A DNA stretch of 64,000 bases. Source: Coriobacteriia bacterium (GTDB lineage Bacteria; Actinomycetota; Coriobacteriia; Anaerosomatales; SLCP01). This document shows positions 62,071 to 64,000 of this stretch, one piece after another. Position numbers and translations under genes: made by a program. The stretch lies in assembly GCA_030603745.1 (NCBI GenBank), contig JAUVXE010000001.1:209641-273640 (forward strand), given 5' to 3'. The first letter of the stretch is position 1. Each line of letters begins with the position of its first letter. Under the pieces are notes generated by a model that was given only the letters and a program-made list of their open reading frames with translations, was not told the origin of the DNA and ran no database searches.

Positions 62071-63639
62071 ATGTCGATGTCCACCGCGCTCTCGCGCGTT
62101 ACGGGCTTCGTCCGCACGTGGGCGACCGCGTACGCCCTCGGCGTCACCGCCATGGCGGCGTCGTACAGCGTCGCGAACAACATCCCCAACATGATCTTCG
62201 AGCTCGTCGCCGGCGGCGTCATCTCCTCGCTCTTCATCCCGATCTTCCTCGAGCGGCGCAAGGAGGGCGGCGACGCGGACGCCTGGCGCTACGCCAGCTC
62301 GCTGCTCAACCTCACCGTGGTGGCACTCGGCATCGTGGCGATCCTCGGCACGGTCTTCGCCGAGCAGGTCGTCCGCACTCAGACCTTCCGGATCTCGGCC
62401 GAGGAGGCCCGGCTCGCGACCGACTTCTTCCGCTTCTTCGCCATCCAGGTCGTCTTCTATGGCGCGGGCGCCGTGATCAGCGGCCTGCTCAACGCCCAAC
62501 GGCGCTTCCTGTGGCCCGCGCTCGGACCGGTCTTCAACAACATCGTGGTCATCGTCACGCTCCTCGGCCTCTACGTGCCGCTCTACGGCCACGACCCCGA
62601 CCTCGCGTTCGTCGTGCTCGCGGTGGGGACGTCGCTCGGCGTGCTCGTGATGTTCGCGGTGCAGGTCCCGAGCCTCATCCGCTCGGGCGCGCGGTGGATG
62701 CCGGTCATCGACCTGCGCCACCCCGGCATCCGCGCGATGGCCCGGATGGCGCTCCCGGCGCTCGGGTACGTCGCGACGAACGTCGTCGCGGTCTCGTTCC
62801 GCAACGCCTACGCCCTCGAGACCGCCCCGGAGGGTCCGGCCACCCTGCTCTACGCGTGGATGTTCTACCAGCTCCCCTACGGCATCTTCGCGGTCGCGCT
62901 CGCCACCGCGATCTTCACCGAGCTCTCTGACGCCTCCGGCCGCGAGGACTGGGTGGCTTTCAAGGCCCAGTTCGCCCGCGGTTTCCGGGCGACCGCGCTC
63001 CTCATCGTCCCCATGGCGGCGATGCTCATCGCGCTCAGCACGCCGCTCATCACCCTCTACCGGGCCGGCCGCTTCACCGCCGAGGACGTCCCCGCTGTCG
63101 CCGAGGTCCTCGTGTGGTGGGCGGCGGGGCTCTTCTTCTTCGCCGGGTTCATGTATGTCCTCAAGACGTTCTACTCGCTCAAGGACACCCGCACGCCGAT
63201 GTTCGCGAACCTCGGACTGACCGTGGTGCAGATCGGCCTCTACGCCACCCTCACGACCGGCATCGGCGCCTGGGCGGGGATCGGCCTCAAGGGGATCCCG
63301 ATCGCCGACGGCATCTTCTTCGCGCTCAACATGAGCGTGCTCGCGCTCATCCTGCGCACGCGCATCGGGGGGTACGACATCCGCGGCATCGCCTCGCTCG
63401 TGGTGCGGGTGGCGCTCGCCTCGGCAGCGGGTGGCGCGGCCGCCTGGGCGCTCGCGACCCTCATGCGCTCCACCGGGGTCGCGGGAGGGGCGCTCGCCCA
63501 GGTCGTCGCGGGCGGCCTCGTGGGCCTCGCGATCAGCTATGCGCTCGCGGGGGCCATGCGTGTCGCCGAGGTCGGCGAGGGCGTCGCGATGGCCCGGCGT
63601 CTCGTCCGGCGGCGGTTCGGCCCGAAGGTCGGCGCGTGA
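62071..63639 (+). CDS. murJ: Lipid II flippase MurJ (MviN family)
   Basis: 522 aa with the LSRVTGFVR N-terminal motif and about 14 TM segments. The true start may be upstream, because an in-frame ATC at 62035 lies 6 nt after GGGAGGAG and there is no SD before the ATG at 62071. Confidence 0.9.
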   Translation: MSMSTALSRVTGFVRTWATAYALGVTAMAASYSVANNIPNMIFELVAGGVISSLFIPIFLERRKEGGDADAWRYASSLLNLTVVALGIVAILGTVFAEQVVRTQTFRISAEEARLATDFFRFFAIQVVFYGAGAVISGLLNAQRRFLWPALGPVFNNIVVIVTLLGLYVPLYGHDPDLAFVVLAVGTSLGVLVMFAVQVPSLIRSGARWMPVIDLRHPGIRAMARMALPALGYVATNVVAVSFRNAYALETAPEGPATLLYAWMFYQLPYGIFAVALATAIFTELSDASGREDWVAFKAQFARGFRATALLIVPMAAMLIALSTPLITLYRAGRFTAEDVPAVAEVLVWWAAGLFFFAGFMYVLKTFYSLKDTRTPMFANLGLTVVQIGLYATLTTGIGAWAGIGLKGIPIADGIFFALNMSVLALILRTRIGGYDIRGIASLVVRVALASAAGGAAAWALATLMRSTGVAGGALAQVVAGGLVGLAISYALAGAMRVAEVGEGVAMARRLVRRRFGPKVGA

Positions 63640-64000
63640 TGCGGGTCGCGGCGCTCATCCCCGCGCACGACGAGGCCGACCGGATCGCGGCGACGGTGAC
63701 CGCCGCGCGCGCGATCCCCGGCGTCACCGAGGTACTCGTGGTCGACGACGCCTCGGGCGACCGGACCGCGGACCTCGCCCGGGCGGCCGGCGCACGCGTG
63801 GTGACGCTCGAGCGCAACGCAGGCAAGGGCGGGGCGCTCGACGCCGGCCTCAGCGCCCTCGGCCAGACACCCGACGTGGTGCTCCTGCTCGACGGCGACC
63901 TCGGGACGACCGCCGCTCAAGGGGAGTTGCTCCTCGCCCCGGTGCTGGCCGGGGCCGCCGACATGACCATCGCCCGGTTCCCGCGCCCCTCGGGCAAGGC
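63639..64000 (+). CDS. GT2-family glycosyltransferase, 5' part (runs off the right edge)
   Basis: ATG 63639 overlaps the murJ stop by 1 nt. My translation is MRVAALIPAHDEADRIAATV...VLVVDDASGDRTADLA...LLLDGDL, which has the GT-A fold DxD signatures. It is absent from the ORF track because there is no stop in the window. Confidence 0.8.
   Translation, partial: MRVAALIPAHDEADRIAATVTAARAIPGVTEVLVVDDASGDRTADLARAAGARVVTLERNAGKGGALDAGLSALGQTPDVVLLLDGDLGTTAAQGELLLAPVLAGAADMTIARFPRPSGK

Overview
The window is high-GC (about 70% by eye), and nearly all genes lie on the minus strand. It is overwhelmingly core genome. From right to left on the minus strand it carries a complete dcw cell-wall and division cluster (mraZ to ftsZ) and the ylm-type division genes (pgeF, yggS, sepF, yggT, divIVA). 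These are followed by ileS with a T-box leader, a DksA/TraR-like gene, lspA and rluD. Last comes a Bacillus-style pyr operon (pyrR-pyrB-pyrC-carA-carB-pyrK-pyrD) with a PyrR attenuator. The right third holds a BMP-type ABC importer, xerD, ald, a DUF3866-like gene paired with an M20 peptidase, pyrG, and an envelope locus (MraY/WecA-like transferase, large phosphodiesterase-like membrane protein, murJ, a GT2 glycosyltransferase). I found no tRNA, rRNA, CRISPR array, transposase, prophage or recognisable defence genes, and no convincing novel multi-gene system of that kind. The most interesting material is what interrupts the conserved backbone. This includes a three-gene kinase/receiver/hybrid-kinase block with no output domain, a pst-phoU operon fused behind pgeF, and an opposite-strand DUF4013 gene next to ftsZ. 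It also includes an unlisted 44-aa membrane ORF with a DUF4349 lipoprotein divergent from mraZ, and the poorly characterised envelope locus at 58.5-64 kb. Several cis-elements can be read directly: the PyrR attenuator, an Ile T-box with a terminator, the mraZ promoter with GTGGGA repeats, and strong terminator hairpins. All protein family calls rest on motif recognition from memory, not on database searches.
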